A stretch of DNA of 64,000 nucleotides from a virus. The notes under the pieces are model-generated. The model was not told the DNA's origin and ran no database searches. It saw nothing but the letters and a program-made list of their open reading frames with translations. Every line of letters begins with the position of its first letter. The first letter of the stretch is position 1. Of the stretch, positions 28,587 through 38,309 are shown in pieces. Location of the stretch: positions 20,849 to 84,848 of the IMG/VR virus record IMGVR_UViG_3300035458_000037. One strand, given 5' to 3'. The translations under genes and the position numbers were made by a program.

Positions 28587-29397
28587 ATGTCGTGAGATTT
28601 CATATGAGTCAATTGTTCTTTATTGGACGGTTGATAAAGAAGCTCATGAACGAGTTACGGATTTTTTGTTTACGGTTGAAAAGTCGGAGTCACCCAATGG
28701 CCCGTGGTCACCGTTGCCGGGAACTCCCGTTAGCGCCTTTGGATATATAGATACGGATACTCAGCGTGGAATGATTGATATCCGAATTTATTATCGTGTT
28801 CGCGCTAACAATAAAACTGGTAAGGAATACTCCTCAAATACACAGTGCATATTTGAGGAGGAACGTAATTTCATTACCAATTACATCGCTGAATGCGAAG
28901 ATCGTTACATGCTTCAGCGATATAATGGTAATGAATTTTTGCATTTTTCTCGTAAAAAATTTGGCGATAGATGCCATCATTGTTATGATGAAGTGGAACG
29001 TAAATCAATTAAGCCAAAATGTCCATTCTGTTATGGAACTACTTATGAAGGCGGATTCTTTACTCCTACGCGAATTCTTATTAATGTAGATCCAAAAGCG
29101 AAAGTTGCAGATAGAAATGAGTATGGAGTATTAGAAAACTTTGCTCATTCTGGCTGGACATCTAATCGAGTTATTATCGAAGAACTCGATATGGTTGTAT
29201 CGTTAGATAAATCATCTATTAGATATCTTGTTAACCAAGTGATCCCTACTGGTATTCATGGATCTGTAACAAGACAGCAATTGAATCTAACGCAATTAAA
29301 AGTTGATAGTCCTTATCAATTACTATCTGTTGATGTAGAAGCCTATCCTATATATGAATTAAATGTTTTCAGAAGAGATTGGCAGATACACTCCTGA
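28570..29397 (+). CDS. putative head-closure/neck protein (Fn3-like N-terminus + Zn finger)
   Basis: YYRVRA Fn3-like strand; RCHHC...CPFCYGT.YEGGF; position upstream of the tail genes. Confidence 0.55.
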   Translation: MQIYLECREISYESIVLYWTVDKEAHERVTDFLFTVEKSESPNGPWSPLPGTPVSAFGYIDTDTQRGMIDIRIYYRVRANNKTGKEYSSNTQCIFEEERNFITNYIAECEDRYMLQRYNGNEFLHFSRKKFGDRCHHCYDEVERKSIKPKCPFCYGTTYEGGFFTPTRILINVDPKAKVADRNEYGVLENFAHSGWTSNRVIIEELDMVVSLDKSSIRYLVNQVIPTGIHGSVTRQQLNLTQLKVDSPYQLLSVDVEAYPIYELNVFRRDWQIHS

Positions 29398-29406
29398 GAG
29401 TAAACT

Positions 29407-30048
29407 ATGATTTACAAAGATTTCGTTCAAAGTAAAACATTCAATGTTGGATATTATGGCGTTAGAGCCATTATTTTATATTTAGTAGAACGTTTTAGCA
29501 ATAATCAAGATCTGGAGTATAAAGTATATACTGATGAATTGAATAGAATAGATTCATACGGATCTTTGTTGATTACATCAAGGTATGATTGGGAAACAAA
29601 GTTCAGGGGCAAGCGTCCGGCTATTTTTGTGTCACGCGGAAATCTGTTGACCGGGGCCAATGGCACTGTGGCTCAATCCAAATTGTTCAGCGTCACCGAC
29701 AATGGAGAAACTACTTCCTATATGGATCTGGTTTCTTTCCCTATCGTGATAGAATGTCTAGCAGAGAGCGACATCGAAAGTGAAGCTCTGGGTTCTATGA
29801 TTGCTACTTTCATAGGATTAGATGTTAGACCTTTGAGAAGTTTAGGATTACAAATACAAGGTGGAATCACTCAATCACCACCAGTATTATTCGAAAAGGA
29901 TAACATTTCTTTTATCTCTTCCGTAATTATTCAAACTCAAATATCTAGACAATACAGAGCACGGATTATGGGCAGCGAAACTCTTGAGAACATCAGAACC
30001 CTCCTTAATCAAAAACTGCTTTCCGAAATAAATGAGGATACGGTATGA
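29407..30048 (+). CDS. putative tail terminator/completion protein
   Basis: KRPAIFVSRG motif; directly upstream of the sheath. Confidence 0.5.
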   Translation: MIYKDFVQSKTFNVGYYGVRAIILYLVERFSNNQDLEYKVYTDELNRIDSYGSLLITSRYDWETKFRGKRPAIFVSRGNLLTGANGTVAQSKLFSVTDNGETTSYMDLVSFPIVIECLAESDIESEALGSMIATFIGLDVRPLRSLGLQIQGGITQSPPVLFEKDNISFISSVIIQTQISRQYRARIMGSETLENIRTLLNQKLLSEINEDTV

Positions 30049-31016
30049 CATACAAGCTTCCTGCTCCGTCCGTTACCAAATTACTGGTTCAGCCTAGTCA
30101 AAATTTGGCAGACAGTCAGCTTCTTCCGTGTTTGGTTGGGCCTCTCAATCAGGTTGTAAAGTCAGCCCCGATCGCTCTTATTTATCCGGTATCCAATGCT
30201 ACAATAGCTTATCCTGGTATGAAACCTGGCGCTATTATTAGCACAAGTAGTATTGGAGTGGTTGTTAATAATGCTATAGTTCAGATTAATGCATCACCGA
30301 TAAGTGCAGGTGGAAATTTTGTTGCTGGCACTAATACAATTCATATTGCCAGTGCATTTACGAATGCATTAGCAGGTGATATCATTACATTGAGCGCAGC
30401 AGGTGGTGTGTATACTATTGCAACGGTTGTTGATAATGATCATGCTACTACCGTTGAAACGATTCATCATACAACTTCTGCTGAAACGTTTAATATTACA
30501 CGAGCAATTGCATCAGCTACCGCGAAACTGAATGGAGTGGTTTACAACACTACGTTTATGACCGTCGTATCTATGACTTACGGCACTAATGACTACGTAT
30601 TTGTAGATGGTGATGCGGTAATCAGTTATGTGGCAGCTCGTAAAGATCTTCTTGGATTTTATACAGTGGACAATCCGGATACTTTGGCTGCGGATATGGA
30701 TGTGGACATTTTGAATCCGTTGGGATTTGATTTGGGCATTGCAATGGCTGGAGCTGGCGCAGCAACACGATTGGCATATATCACTAGGGATGGCAGTCAA
30801 AATTCTTATATCGCAGCTCTTGCAGATTTGGCTACTCGGCGCGGTCCCTACATGATTTCCAGTGTCAATTTTGCAGACTCCACCATCCAGGGGTTCTTTG
30901 CTACGCATGCCGAGACAGTTTCGATGCCAAGTGTTAGCATGTTCAGAGCTGCTTTGTTGACCACAGACATTGTGAAACAGCTCACGCTGACCAGCGCCAC
31001 TTACACCAAGTCTTAA
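30045..31016 (+). CDS. tail sheath protein, N-terminal part
   Basis: MTY..P.PSV......PCLVGP start; NPLG...YIAALADL...H...S.....R sheath core. Confidence 0.7.
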   Translation: MTYKLPAPSVTKLLVQPSQNLADSQLLPCLVGPLNQVVKSAPIALIYPVSNATIAYPGMKPGAIISTSSIGVVVNNAIVQINASPISAGGNFVAGTNTIHIASAFTNALAGDIITLSAAGGVYTIATVVDNDHATTVETIHHTTSAETFNITRAIASATAKLNGVVYNTTFMTVVSMTYGTNDYVFVDGDAVISYVAARKDLLGFYTVDNPDTLAADMDVDILNPLGFDLGIAMAGAGAATRLAYITRDGSQNSYIAALADLATRRGPYMISSVNFADSTIQGFFATHAETVSMPSVSMFRAALLTTDIVKQLTLTSATYTKS

Positions 31017-31030
31017 GATCTGGAGATCGC

Positions 31031-32002
31031 ATGTCTATTACAATTACCGTAGCTGGAAAAACACTCCTAACTTCAGGAGTGAGTATTGGGCATGAGATGG
31101 TAGTGACAGATGTTACTAATCCTACGTCTACGCCAGCCGGTGTATTACTGGCTGATGGAAGTCATAATCCGATCTTATATGAACAACTTCTTGTTACAGA
31201 AGTTGTAAGCGAAACAAGCTTAAAGTTTGATGCATATTCAAATGGCACTGCATTGGGTCTTACTGATGCAAATTTGAATCTGGCATCTACCGAACATTTC
31301 ACATTCAGTATTGTTCAGCATCTTAGCACTGATCAGCAAGTAGATCATCTCGTGGCCATCGCAAGCTCTTATGATTCTGAAAGAGTTTTGATGATCTGGC
31401 CTCCTGAGGCTGAATGGGATCAGAATGGAACAGTAGTCAATGGCTCGACTATGGCGGCGATCTGTTCTGCCGCAATGTCTGTTTATCCAGCACAGCAAGG
31501 TTTCACCAATCTGTCGTTCTCCGGCCCTTACAATCTGCATTACTCCAATACATACTTTACGCCTGCGCAACTTAATAGATTGAGTGCCGCAGGATTCTTT
31601 GTTTTGGTTCAAGATACTCCTGGTGCAGAAGTCTATTGCAGACATCAGAAAACAACTTCTCAGTCTGCTGAGATTGCTAGACAGGAGTTCAGTATCACCA
31701 AGGGATCTGATAAGGTAGGTCTTGACTTATACAATACGGTTAAGCCATATATTGGTAAATACAACATCACTCAGGATCTACTGACAGCTGTGAATGAAGT
31801 AATTGGTAATTACTTATTCAAAGCAAAAAGCACTAAAGCTCCATTCTGTGGTAGCCTAATTATTGATTATAGCAATCTATCGCTTCGTGCAAATCTCGAT
31901 GGTGAGAATACAGATTTACCAAAAGATACAATCGAAATATCAGTAACGATTGAAATGGGTTACCCAGCTAATTACATCGACATTCTGTTATACGTGCAAT
32001 AG
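31031..32002 (+). CDS. tail sheath protein, C-terminal part
   Basis: QQGFTN, QLNRL..AG, RHQKTT, EFSI..D, YIGKYNIT, YPANYIDI sheath C-domain; own GGAG SD. Confidence 0.8.
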   Translation: MSITITVAGKTLLTSGVSIGHEMVVTDVTNPTSTPAGVLLADGSHNPILYEQLLVTEVVSETSLKFDAYSNGTALGLTDANLNLASTEHFTFSIVQHLSTDQQVDHLVAIASSYDSERVLMIWPPEAEWDQNGTVVNGSTMAAICSAAMSVYPAQQGFTNLSFSGPYNLHYSNTYFTPAQLNRLSAAGFFVLVQDTPGAEVYCRHQKTTSQSAEIARQEFSITKGSDKVGLDLYNTVKPYIGKYNITQDLLTAVNEVIGNYLFKAKSTKAPFCGSLIIDYSNLSLRANLDGENTDLPKDTIEISVTIEMGYPANYIDILLYVQ

Positions 32003-32010
32003 GAGATATC

Positions 32011-32739
32011 ATGGCCGCAAATGGCGTTTCAATAAAAGACCTATTGGGCGTTGATAGTGGGGCGAATGACTGGCAGTGGAGAGAGAACTTCGTCCAGTTG
32101 GACGAGAACATGGCCACCCCTGGATTATTCATTGCCGCAGAGTCCACTTTGGTTGCTTTTGGTCCTGCAACAGCCACCTCAGCTTTCGACGTGGTGAAGG
32201 TGGGTTTATGCCCCAATATCGCAATCTCTCAGCAGATTCCGCAGCAACGACTTCCCGAGATCGGATCGATCCGGGTACATATCCTGAACGGGGTTCCTAT
32301 TGGCGGTGGATCGATGTCGCGCTTGGTCTACAACGGCCCTAGCCTTATGCGCTACGCTTACGGCAACCTGTACGATGACAATGGCGCTCCAACTCCCTTG
32401 GCACTCGCAGGAATGGCTACTGGAGTAGGCCCCGCTCAGGACTTTACAACAAATGCCTGGAAAAATCTGGTGAAGTCACCGGATAAAGTGATGCAAGGGC
32501 ATGTGTTCACGGATCTATGGATTTCCTGCTGGGACTCCAGATTGAAAGCGCCATTTGGCCTGTGCATGTATTTCCAGGATATTGCTGGTAATGCAGTAGG
32601 TGGTGTTTATGCTGAAGGCACCAAGATCAATTCTCATAACTTGACGCAATCTGCCGGTCAGTTGATTATGATGGAAGGTATCTCATTTGCGTTTGATAGG
32701 CTTGTTCCTATCCGTGGCGTTGGAAGGAGTCAATTATGA
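32011..32739 (+). CDS. tail tube protein
   Basis: Follows the sheath; Q...L.EIGS, SRLVYNGPSL, PFGL, Y.EG..I..H, E.....FDRLVPI. Confidence 0.7.
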   Translation: MAANGVSIKDLLGVDSGANDWQWRENFVQLDENMATPGLFIAAESTLVAFGPATATSAFDVVKVGLCPNIAISQQIPQQRLPEIGSIRVHILNGVPIGGGSMSRLVYNGPSLMRYAYGNLYDDNGAPTPLALAGMATGVGPAQDFTTNAWKNLVKSPDKVMQGHVFTDLWISCWDSRLKAPFGLCMYFQDIAGNAVGGVYAEGTKINSHNLTQSAGQLIMMEGISFAFDRLVPIRGVGRSQL

Positions 32740-33083
32740 GTATTGTTAAGATTGCAGCAGCTAAGTGGCGAAAGTTAGCAAAAAGTCTTGTTAGTAAAAG
32801 TGGATATCTTAATGAAGGAGAAAAGAATTTTGCAAACAAAATGACTTCTCATATGCATAGTGATATAGGTAAAATACAAAATAGATTGGGAGTAGCTAAA
32901 CATGATTTGTCTATAAACAATCCACATCACAATCATTTTTTTAACGCTAAGGATTATAAGCATCCTTCTAATTTTAAAAAATATAATGATGATCAAAGCC
33001 TAACATTAAAAGAAGCTTTGAAACAAAAAGCTGAAGAAGCTCCAAGGTCAACATGGTTACCTGCTCCAAAGTTTAATTTGTAA
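32736..33083 (+). CDS. basic tagged protein (MSIVKIAAA), putative internal head protein
   Basis: Same N-terminal tag as the 6-7 kb and 44-45 kb genes; ATGA-coupled to the tube gene. Confidence 0.65.
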   Translation: MSIVKIAAAKWRKLAKSLVSKSGYLNEGEKNFANKMTSHMHSDIGKIQNRLGVAKHDLSINNPHHNHFFNAKDYKHPSNFKKYNDDQSLTLKEALKQKAEEAPRSTWLPAPKFNL

Positions 33084-33105
33084 TAATCAAAGTTGTAACT
33101 CAATC

Positions 33106-33130
33106 AAAACCTCCTTTTGGAGGTTTTTTT
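33106..33130 (+). terminator. intrinsic terminator ending the virion operon
   Basis: AAAACCTCC-TTTT-GGAGGTTTTTTT. Confidence 0.85.
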
Positions 33131-33131
33131 A

Positions 33132-33168
33132 TTGCAATAATTTATAAATATATGTTATAATATATTTG
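33132..33168 (+). promoter_or_regulatory. early-type promoter (copy 4 of 5)
   Basis: TTGCAA-18 nt-TATAAT, context TGTTATAATATATTTG. Confidence 0.8.
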
Positions 33169-33281
33169 GTAATAATTAAATTATCTAAACTCATAGGAGG
33201 AAGTATGAATACTTTTTAATAACTATTCTAGGTCTTAACACTCTACTTATGAAATGAAAGGAGGATGAGATACGCAAAGTA

Positions 33282-33491
33282 ATGATTAAATCACTAGGTT
33301 CCTTAATGTGGGATCTTGCAATAATATTAAGTGAAACTGAAATATATATTTATAAAGTATCACAAGTAGATATAAAGCTAGCGATGGCAACGAAACGAGA
33401 AAATGAAGATTGGGTAGAATGCTGGTTAAGATATTTAGAGGCTCCAGATGAACGAAGAGTGGATAGACAACGAGTATGCTTACACCGGTAA
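33282..33491 (+). CDS. hypothetical protein
   Basis: First long ORF after the promoter. Confidence 0.45.
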   Translation: MIKSLGSLMWDLAIILSETEIYIYKVSQVDIKLAMATKRENEDWVECWLRYLEAPDERRVDRQRVCLHR

Positions 33492-33654
33492 ACGTAATGA
33501 TGGTGCAAGAGTAGGGGGATTCTGGCTTAATGGAAAGTTAGAATGGTGGGCCTATCCTTCAAATTATTCAATGAAATTGAATAATGCGCTAGGCCCCTTT
33601 TCAACAATGAACGCAGCGAAGGATGCGTTAGATGGATGCGTGAGGATAAAATGA
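33448..33654 (+). CDS. hypothetical protein
   Basis: GAGG SD; GPFST..AAK motif. Confidence 0.6.
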   Translation: MNEEWIDNEYAYTGKRNDGARVGGFWLNGKLEWWAYPSNYSMKLNNALGPFSTMNAAKDALDGCVRIK

Positions 33655-33965
33655 CGGATGCATTAAAGCGTTTATTGAAATTAGATTTATCTAATTTTCA
33701 AGAAGGTGATAGAATAGTATTTTGTCCAGATTGTGAATTTCAAGATAAAGTTAATAGACGTTCACTAGCTAATTGTAAATGTCATTGTCATCTGGAAACA
33801 ATTAGAGTCACAGATATACTTATTGGTTATATAAAATCAACTAAAGTTAAAGATATTTATGAACAGGCTCTTAGAAATATAGTATTGAATGATAATAGAG
33901 ATTTCCAAAAAGCAGTAGCTGAAGATGCATTAATACTTGGAAGCGAGGTGACTTATGATGTTTGA
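33651..33965 (+). CDS. Cys-rich hypothetical protein, paralog of next gene
   Basis: IVFCPDC...CKC...YEQAL..I...A.D.L shared with 33955-34287. Confidence 0.7.
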   Translation: MTDALKRLLKLDLSNFQEGDRIVFCPDCEFQDKVNRRSLANCKCHCHLETIRVTDILIGYIKSTKVKDIYEQALRNIVLNDNRDFQKAVAEDALILGSEVTYDV

Positions 33966-34287
33966 TTTAAATCTTATTGGTTACGCAGACAATGATATAG
34001 TAATTGTTTGTTCAAATTGTAAAATGTTGCCAAAAGATTCTGGCATAACTCCAAAATGTCAATGTGTAACTAAAGCACAATTTGACAAAACTAGAGACTT
34101 ATTTTATATGTATGAACAAGCATTGAAAGACATTCTTTATACCATGCAATATTTAAAAAGAGAAGTAGAATCAAGTGGCGATAAATTCAATGGTAGTGAA
34201 GCTGTTATATTAAATAATAATCTAAATTTTATAAAAGGAATAGCTCAAGATACGTTAAAAATTGTAGAATCATACAATGTTGTATAG
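33955..34287 (+). CDS. Cys-rich hypothetical protein, paralog of previous gene
   Basis: IVCSNC...KCQC...YEQALKDI...IAQDTL. Confidence 0.7.
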   Translation: MMFDLNLIGYADNDIVIVCSNCKMLPKDSGITPKCQCVTKAQFDKTRDLFYMYEQALKDILYTMQYLKREVESSGDKFNGSEAVILNNNLNFIKGIAQDTLKIVESYNVV

Positions 34288-34459
34288 AGTCGCCCTTCTA
34301 CAAGATTTTGATAGAACTGCACACTTTTTAGATTTAGAAGGTCCAGAAAAAATTACGTTTAATGATATCGCTAAATGGGAAAGGCATGTTAATGATCGAT
34401 GCAGGCACATATCTTTTACGATAATGTCATGGAGTCCGATACATCAGGAGAAAATATGA
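34277..34459 (+). CDS. hypothetical protein
   Basis: Overlap-coupled within the operon. Confidence 0.5.
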   Translation: MLYRVALLQDFDRTAHFLDLEGPEKITFNDIAKWERHVNDRCRHISFTIMSWSPIHQEKI

Positions 34460-34644
34460 TACATGATATCAAGAAATATTCTACATTCAATAATGGAGAA
34501 GAAGATCTTGTAGCTGTTCCAGAAAAAGTATATCTTGATTTAAGAAAGAGTGAAGATATTCTACAAGCATTACAAGCATACGGAGTTGATAATTGGGATG
34601 GATACTCCCAAGCGATGTCAGAAATAGAAGATGAGGAGGAGTAA
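34456..34644 (+). CDS. small phage protein (L.AL.A.GVDNWDGY family)
   Basis: Recurrent phage motif GVDNWDGY; AGGAG SD. Confidence 0.7.
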   Translation: MIHDIKKYSTFNNGEEDLVAVPEKVYLDLRKSEDILQALQAYGVDNWDGYSQAMSEIEDEEE

Positions 34645-35136
34645 TTGATAGTAGAAATAGCGCCAGACCTTAACATCACGATTGATGATGTAGATAAACG
34701 TATTGTAGAAAAACGTAAATGGTATTTACATTCAAATAAGAGAAGTATCATAGCCTGCTTTTGGGATGGTGATAGAAAAAGAACATTTACGTTAGGAAGA
34801 TATATTTTATCTGAGTATGGACATATCTTTGATGAAAATGAACTGGTATGCTATAAGGATCATGATTTTTTGAATAATAAAAAAAGTAATCTTGTTGTTA
34901 GAACTAAGTCCGAGAATAATAAGAACAGGAGACCCAAGATGATTAAAGGTAGTCTAACTAGAAGATCATTGCCTTATGGTGTATATCGTAATAAAAAAGG
35001 TAAAAAGTATAGTTCTGCTATTAGAATAAAAGGAAAATTGATTTGGTTAGGATCTTTTGCATCTAAAAATAACGCAGAAAGAGCAACCAGTGAGGCAGTA
35101 GAACGATTTGGATACCAAAGGAAATCAAATGGATGA
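34645..35136 (+). CDS. HNH-AP2 homing-endonuclease-like protein (degenerate HNH)
   Basis: LNNKKSNL...T.SEN..N HNH remnant; YGVY...KY...IR..GK.IWLGSF AP2 domain. Confidence 0.75.
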   Translation: MIVEIAPDLNITIDDVDKRIVEKRKWYLHSNKRSIIACFWDGDRKRTFTLGRYILSEYGHIFDENELVCYKDHDFLNNKKSNLVVRTKSENNKNRRPKMIKGSLTRRSLPYGVYRNKKGKKYSSAIRIKGKLIWLGSFASKNNAERATSEAVERFGYQRKSNG

Positions 35137-35383
35137 TTTGTTATGTAAATGCACTCAGCAAAGAGGACTCGAAAGATTTGCTACATCCAATAAATTTGAT
35201 CTAAATGGAGGTAGGTATACATCATTCCAGGTTTTCAAGTGTTTATCATGCAATAAGGCTACATTCTTCCCTACTGAAAATGGAGAACTTGCGTTGAAGG
35301 AAGGGACAGAACGTTGTTTGCGTGAACTAAAAGAATGCATAGAAATGAATGCCTATAAGGAATCGTCCTATATAGGTGTCTGA
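35129..35383 (+). CDS. Zn-ribbon hypothetical protein
   Basis: CKC...CLSC. Confidence 0.6.
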   Translation: MDDLLCKCTQQRGLERFATSNKFDLNGGRYTSFQVFKCLSCNKATFFPTENGELALKEGTERCLRELKECIEMNAYKESSYIGV

Positions 35384-35410
35384 TCAAAACGAATTCACTA
35401 TGGAGGAATT

Positions 35411-36691
35411 GTGAATCAAACTCAAAGACATCCATTAACGTGGGTGCCATCTCTATTCACTATTGAGGGAATGGGAGGCATCATACTTGGACTTGTAATT
35501 CCAACTATTTATAAGAGTTTGGGATTATCAAATACAAAGATAAGCTTTTGGCTTTCCTTAGCGGGAATGCTAATGCTTTGTCGGCCTTTGATTGTGCCAT
35601 TCATCGAAATGACATGTTCAAAGAAGAATGTGGTTATCTTTTCGCAAGTATTTATGTCTTTGAGTTTTATTGCAGTTGGTTTTTCGCTAAAGACATCTAG
35701 TTTCTTTTTGGTATCATTATGCGTTGTGGCAGTTCTCACTTTACTTGTTCAAATTCATGACCCCTGCGCAGACGGAACCTTCATTGAGGTTCTGGATGTA
35801 GCAGCACAAACCAAGTATGTGGGGTGGATGTCAGCCGGTTATCAGATTGGCAAAGTCATTTGTCAAGGCGGCATTGTTCTGGGTGCTGGTTATCTTATCG
35901 AGAATATGAAAATGGAAACCTCATCCGCTTGGATGGCTGCCATGATCATATCAGGTTTTATACTGCTAATCGTTGCTGCGTATCATGGAGTGGTAATACC
36001 TCCCACTCCTAGAAATGAAAATGCTAGGGTTGAGACTACAAAAGAATATTTCTCTAAGTTTTATGAAATCACAAAAGAATACTTCATGAAACCTGGTATT
36101 TGGTGGTGTATTCTTTTCTTTTTCTTCTATCGATTGGCTGAAGAACAAGCGATGAATATCTTTGGGTTGTTCTTAATTGATTCACCTGCAAAAGGTGGAT
36201 TGGGAATGACTATCAAAGAACTGGGTATGACTTATGGATTCTTCCCGCCAATAGCTCTTTTCATTGGAGCTTTAGTAGCTGGTCCTGTAATGGAGAAGAT
36301 GGGAGGGTTTAGAAAAGCAATTCCTCTTTTTGCGGTAATTTATAATATACCACTTCTTCTTTATGGAATTGTTGCTTATACACTTCCAAATAATCCATAC
36401 CTAATTACATTTATTTGTTGCTGCGAATATTTTGGATATGGATTTGGATGGAATGGACTATTAGTGTGCAACCAACAGTATGCCGCTCCGGGAAGATTCA
36501 AAACTGCGCATCTGGCAATTGGGACTGCCATTGTCCATGGCGTCTCCAAATTGCCAGTTGGGTTATCTGGCTATATGTCTGACCTACTTGGATACAAACA
36601 CTTCTTTGTTCATTACACATTAGCAATGATGATTCCTTCGATTATCATTGCCTTTGTAGTTTCAAAGAAATTGCGAGAAATAGAACGATAA
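35411..36691 (+). CDS. AmpG-like MFS permease
   Basis: About 12 hydrophobic segments; HP..WVPSL...EG, HD..ADG, YRLAE, FGYGFG, KTAH.AI.TA, SGY....LGY..FF. Confidence 0.85.
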   Translation: MNQTQRHPLTWVPSLFTIEGMGGIILGLVIPTIYKSLGLSNTKISFWLSLAGMLMLCRPLIVPFIEMTCSKKNVVIFSQVFMSLSFIAVGFSLKTSSFFLVSLCVVAVLTLLVQIHDPCADGTFIEVLDVAAQTKYVGWMSAGYQIGKVICQGGIVLGAGYLIENMKMETSSAWMAAMIISGFILLIVAAYHGVVIPPTPRNENARVETTKEYFSKFYEITKEYFMKPGIWWCILFFFFYRLAEEQAMNIFGLFLIDSPAKGGLGMTIKELGMTYGFFPPIALFIGALVAGPVMEKMGGFRKAIPLFAVIYNIPLLLYGIVAYTLPNNPYLITFICCCEYFGYGFGWNGLLVCNQQYAAPGRFKTAHLAIGTAIVHGVSKLPVGLSGYMSDLLGYKHFFVHYTLAMMIPSIIIAFVVSKKLREIER

Positions 36692-36704
36692 CCAAGGAGA
36701 GTTT

Positions 36705-38273
36705 ATGAATCCAGTCTTTTATCTTCCGCTGATAACAATGTCCATTCTTGGTGTTTGGACTGCTTTGATCATTAAGATCAAACGTAAGCAACATCCTGAT
36801 GCATTGTTTAAGTTATTTATGGTTGAAATTTGGGAGCGATTTTCGTATTATGGCATGAGAGCAATGTTGATTCTATTCCTTTCTGCTGCTGCTACAGGTG
36901 GACTCCGTGGCGGCCTGGGAATGAATAGATCAGAAGCAATTGGTATTTACGCAGCATTTGTATCTTTGGTTTATATTACACCTCTTTTAGGTGGGAAACT
37001 GTCAGATAAAATTCTAGGTATAAAGACAGCAGTTATACTTGGATCATCTATGATGGCTATGGGTCAATTCTGTCTGGCTTTTAGTGGCGGGAATAGAATC
37101 TTGGTCTATCTTGGGTTAGCAATATTGACGGTTGGTAATGGATTTTTTAAACCAAACATATCTGCGCTTATAGGTAAATTATATAAGCCGGGAGACGCTA
37201 GACGTGATGGAGCGTTTACTATCTTTTACATGGGTATTAATATAGGAGCGTGGGTAGCACCATTACTTTGTGGTGCTCTTCGTGATTCTATTGGATGGAG
37301 TCCGGCTTTTGCTACCGCTGGTCTTGGCATGATTCTAGGTTTGATAATCTTCATTTGGACGATGCGAACAGAAAAAGAAATTGCGAACTTCGCAGCGGCA
37401 CCTACACCAGTTACTATTATAAAAGAAACGAATACCGTTACTCGCACCAAAGCATTTATCATTATTATATGCGCAATTCCAATTACTTGTTTGTTAATTA
37501 TTAAAAACGGCTTGATGGATTGGTTATTAGGTGGAACTATTATTAGTATGATCTCTTATATGCTTTATCTTTCTATAAAAATGGAAAAAATAGCACGCGA
37601 AAGAGTTGTTGCTTTAATTTCTCTTTTTGGTTTTTGCGTTGTATTTTGGTCTCTTTTTGAATTAGCTGGATCAGCTATTAACATTTTTACAGAGAATAAT
37701 GTAGAGAAATCTTTATTCGGAGTTAAACTAACTACGGAAAGCTTTCAAAGTTTCAATGCGGCATTTGTGGTTGCCCTTGCTCCATTGATGGATAAACTGT
37801 GGTCATGGATGGCCAAAATAGGAAAGATGGCTCAAGCTCCAATCCAGTTTGGGTCAGCTTTAATATTAGTTGGTCTTGGATTTGTTTTACTCAAATTTGG
37901 AGTTCCATTTGCATCCAAATTGGGTATGATGCCAGCAATGTTTTTGGCTGGCATGTATCTTCTTCATACTGTTGGTGAGTTATCGATTTCACCAATTGGT
38001 TTATCACTGGTCACGAAACTTGCGCCGGCATCTATGGTTTCGTTCTTTATGGGATTCTGGTTTCTTGCTACAGCTTGTGCTGGTCAGGTTGGCAAATGGA
38101 TCTCACGCGCTGCGATTCCTGATGTCGTTGGAGCAACACCACTTCAAACGTTACATACATCAGTGCATACGTTTGTTATATGTGGAGTAATATCTATTGG
38201 ATGTGGTTTGATTTTGTATACAATGAATCCAATTATTAAGCGTTGGATGCATCAAGATCAAATCCAGAATTAA
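36705..38273 (+). CDS. POT/PTR family proton-dependent oligopeptide transporter
   Basis: EIWERFSYYGMR (ExxERFxYY), GNGFFKPNIS, FYMGINIGA, GELSISPIGLS. Confidence 0.95.
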   Translation: MNPVFYLPLITMSILGVWTALIIKIKRKQHPDALFKLFMVEIWERFSYYGMRAMLILFLSAAATGGLRGGLGMNRSEAIGIYAAFVSLVYITPLLGGKLSDKILGIKTAVILGSSMMAMGQFCLAFSGGNRILVYLGLAILTVGNGFFKPNISALIGKLYKPGDARRDGAFTIFYMGINIGAWVAPLLCGALRDSIGWSPAFATAGLGMILGLIIFIWTMRTEKEIANFAAAPTPVTIIKETNTVTRTKAFIIIICAIPITCLLIIKNGLMDWLLGGTIISMISYMLYLSIKMEKIARERVVALISLFGFCVVFWSLFELAGSAINIFTENNVEKSLFGVKLTTESFQSFNAAFVVALAPLMDKLWSWMAKIGKMAQAPIQFGSALILVGLGFVLLKFGVPFASKLGMMPAMFLAGMYLLHTVGELSISPIGLSLVTKLAPASMVSFFMGFWFLATACAGQVGKWISRAAIPDVVGATPLQTLHTSVHTFVICGVISIGCGLILYTMNPIIKRWMHQDQIQN

Positions 38274-38279
38274 ATTAAT

Positions 38280-38304
38280 AGCCCCAGCAATGGGGCTTTC
38301 TTTT
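38280..38304 (+). terminator. intrinsic terminator between convergent genes
   Basis: AGCCCCA-GCAA-TGGGGCT then TTCTTTT. Confidence 0.75.
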
Positions 38305-38309
38305 AGATA

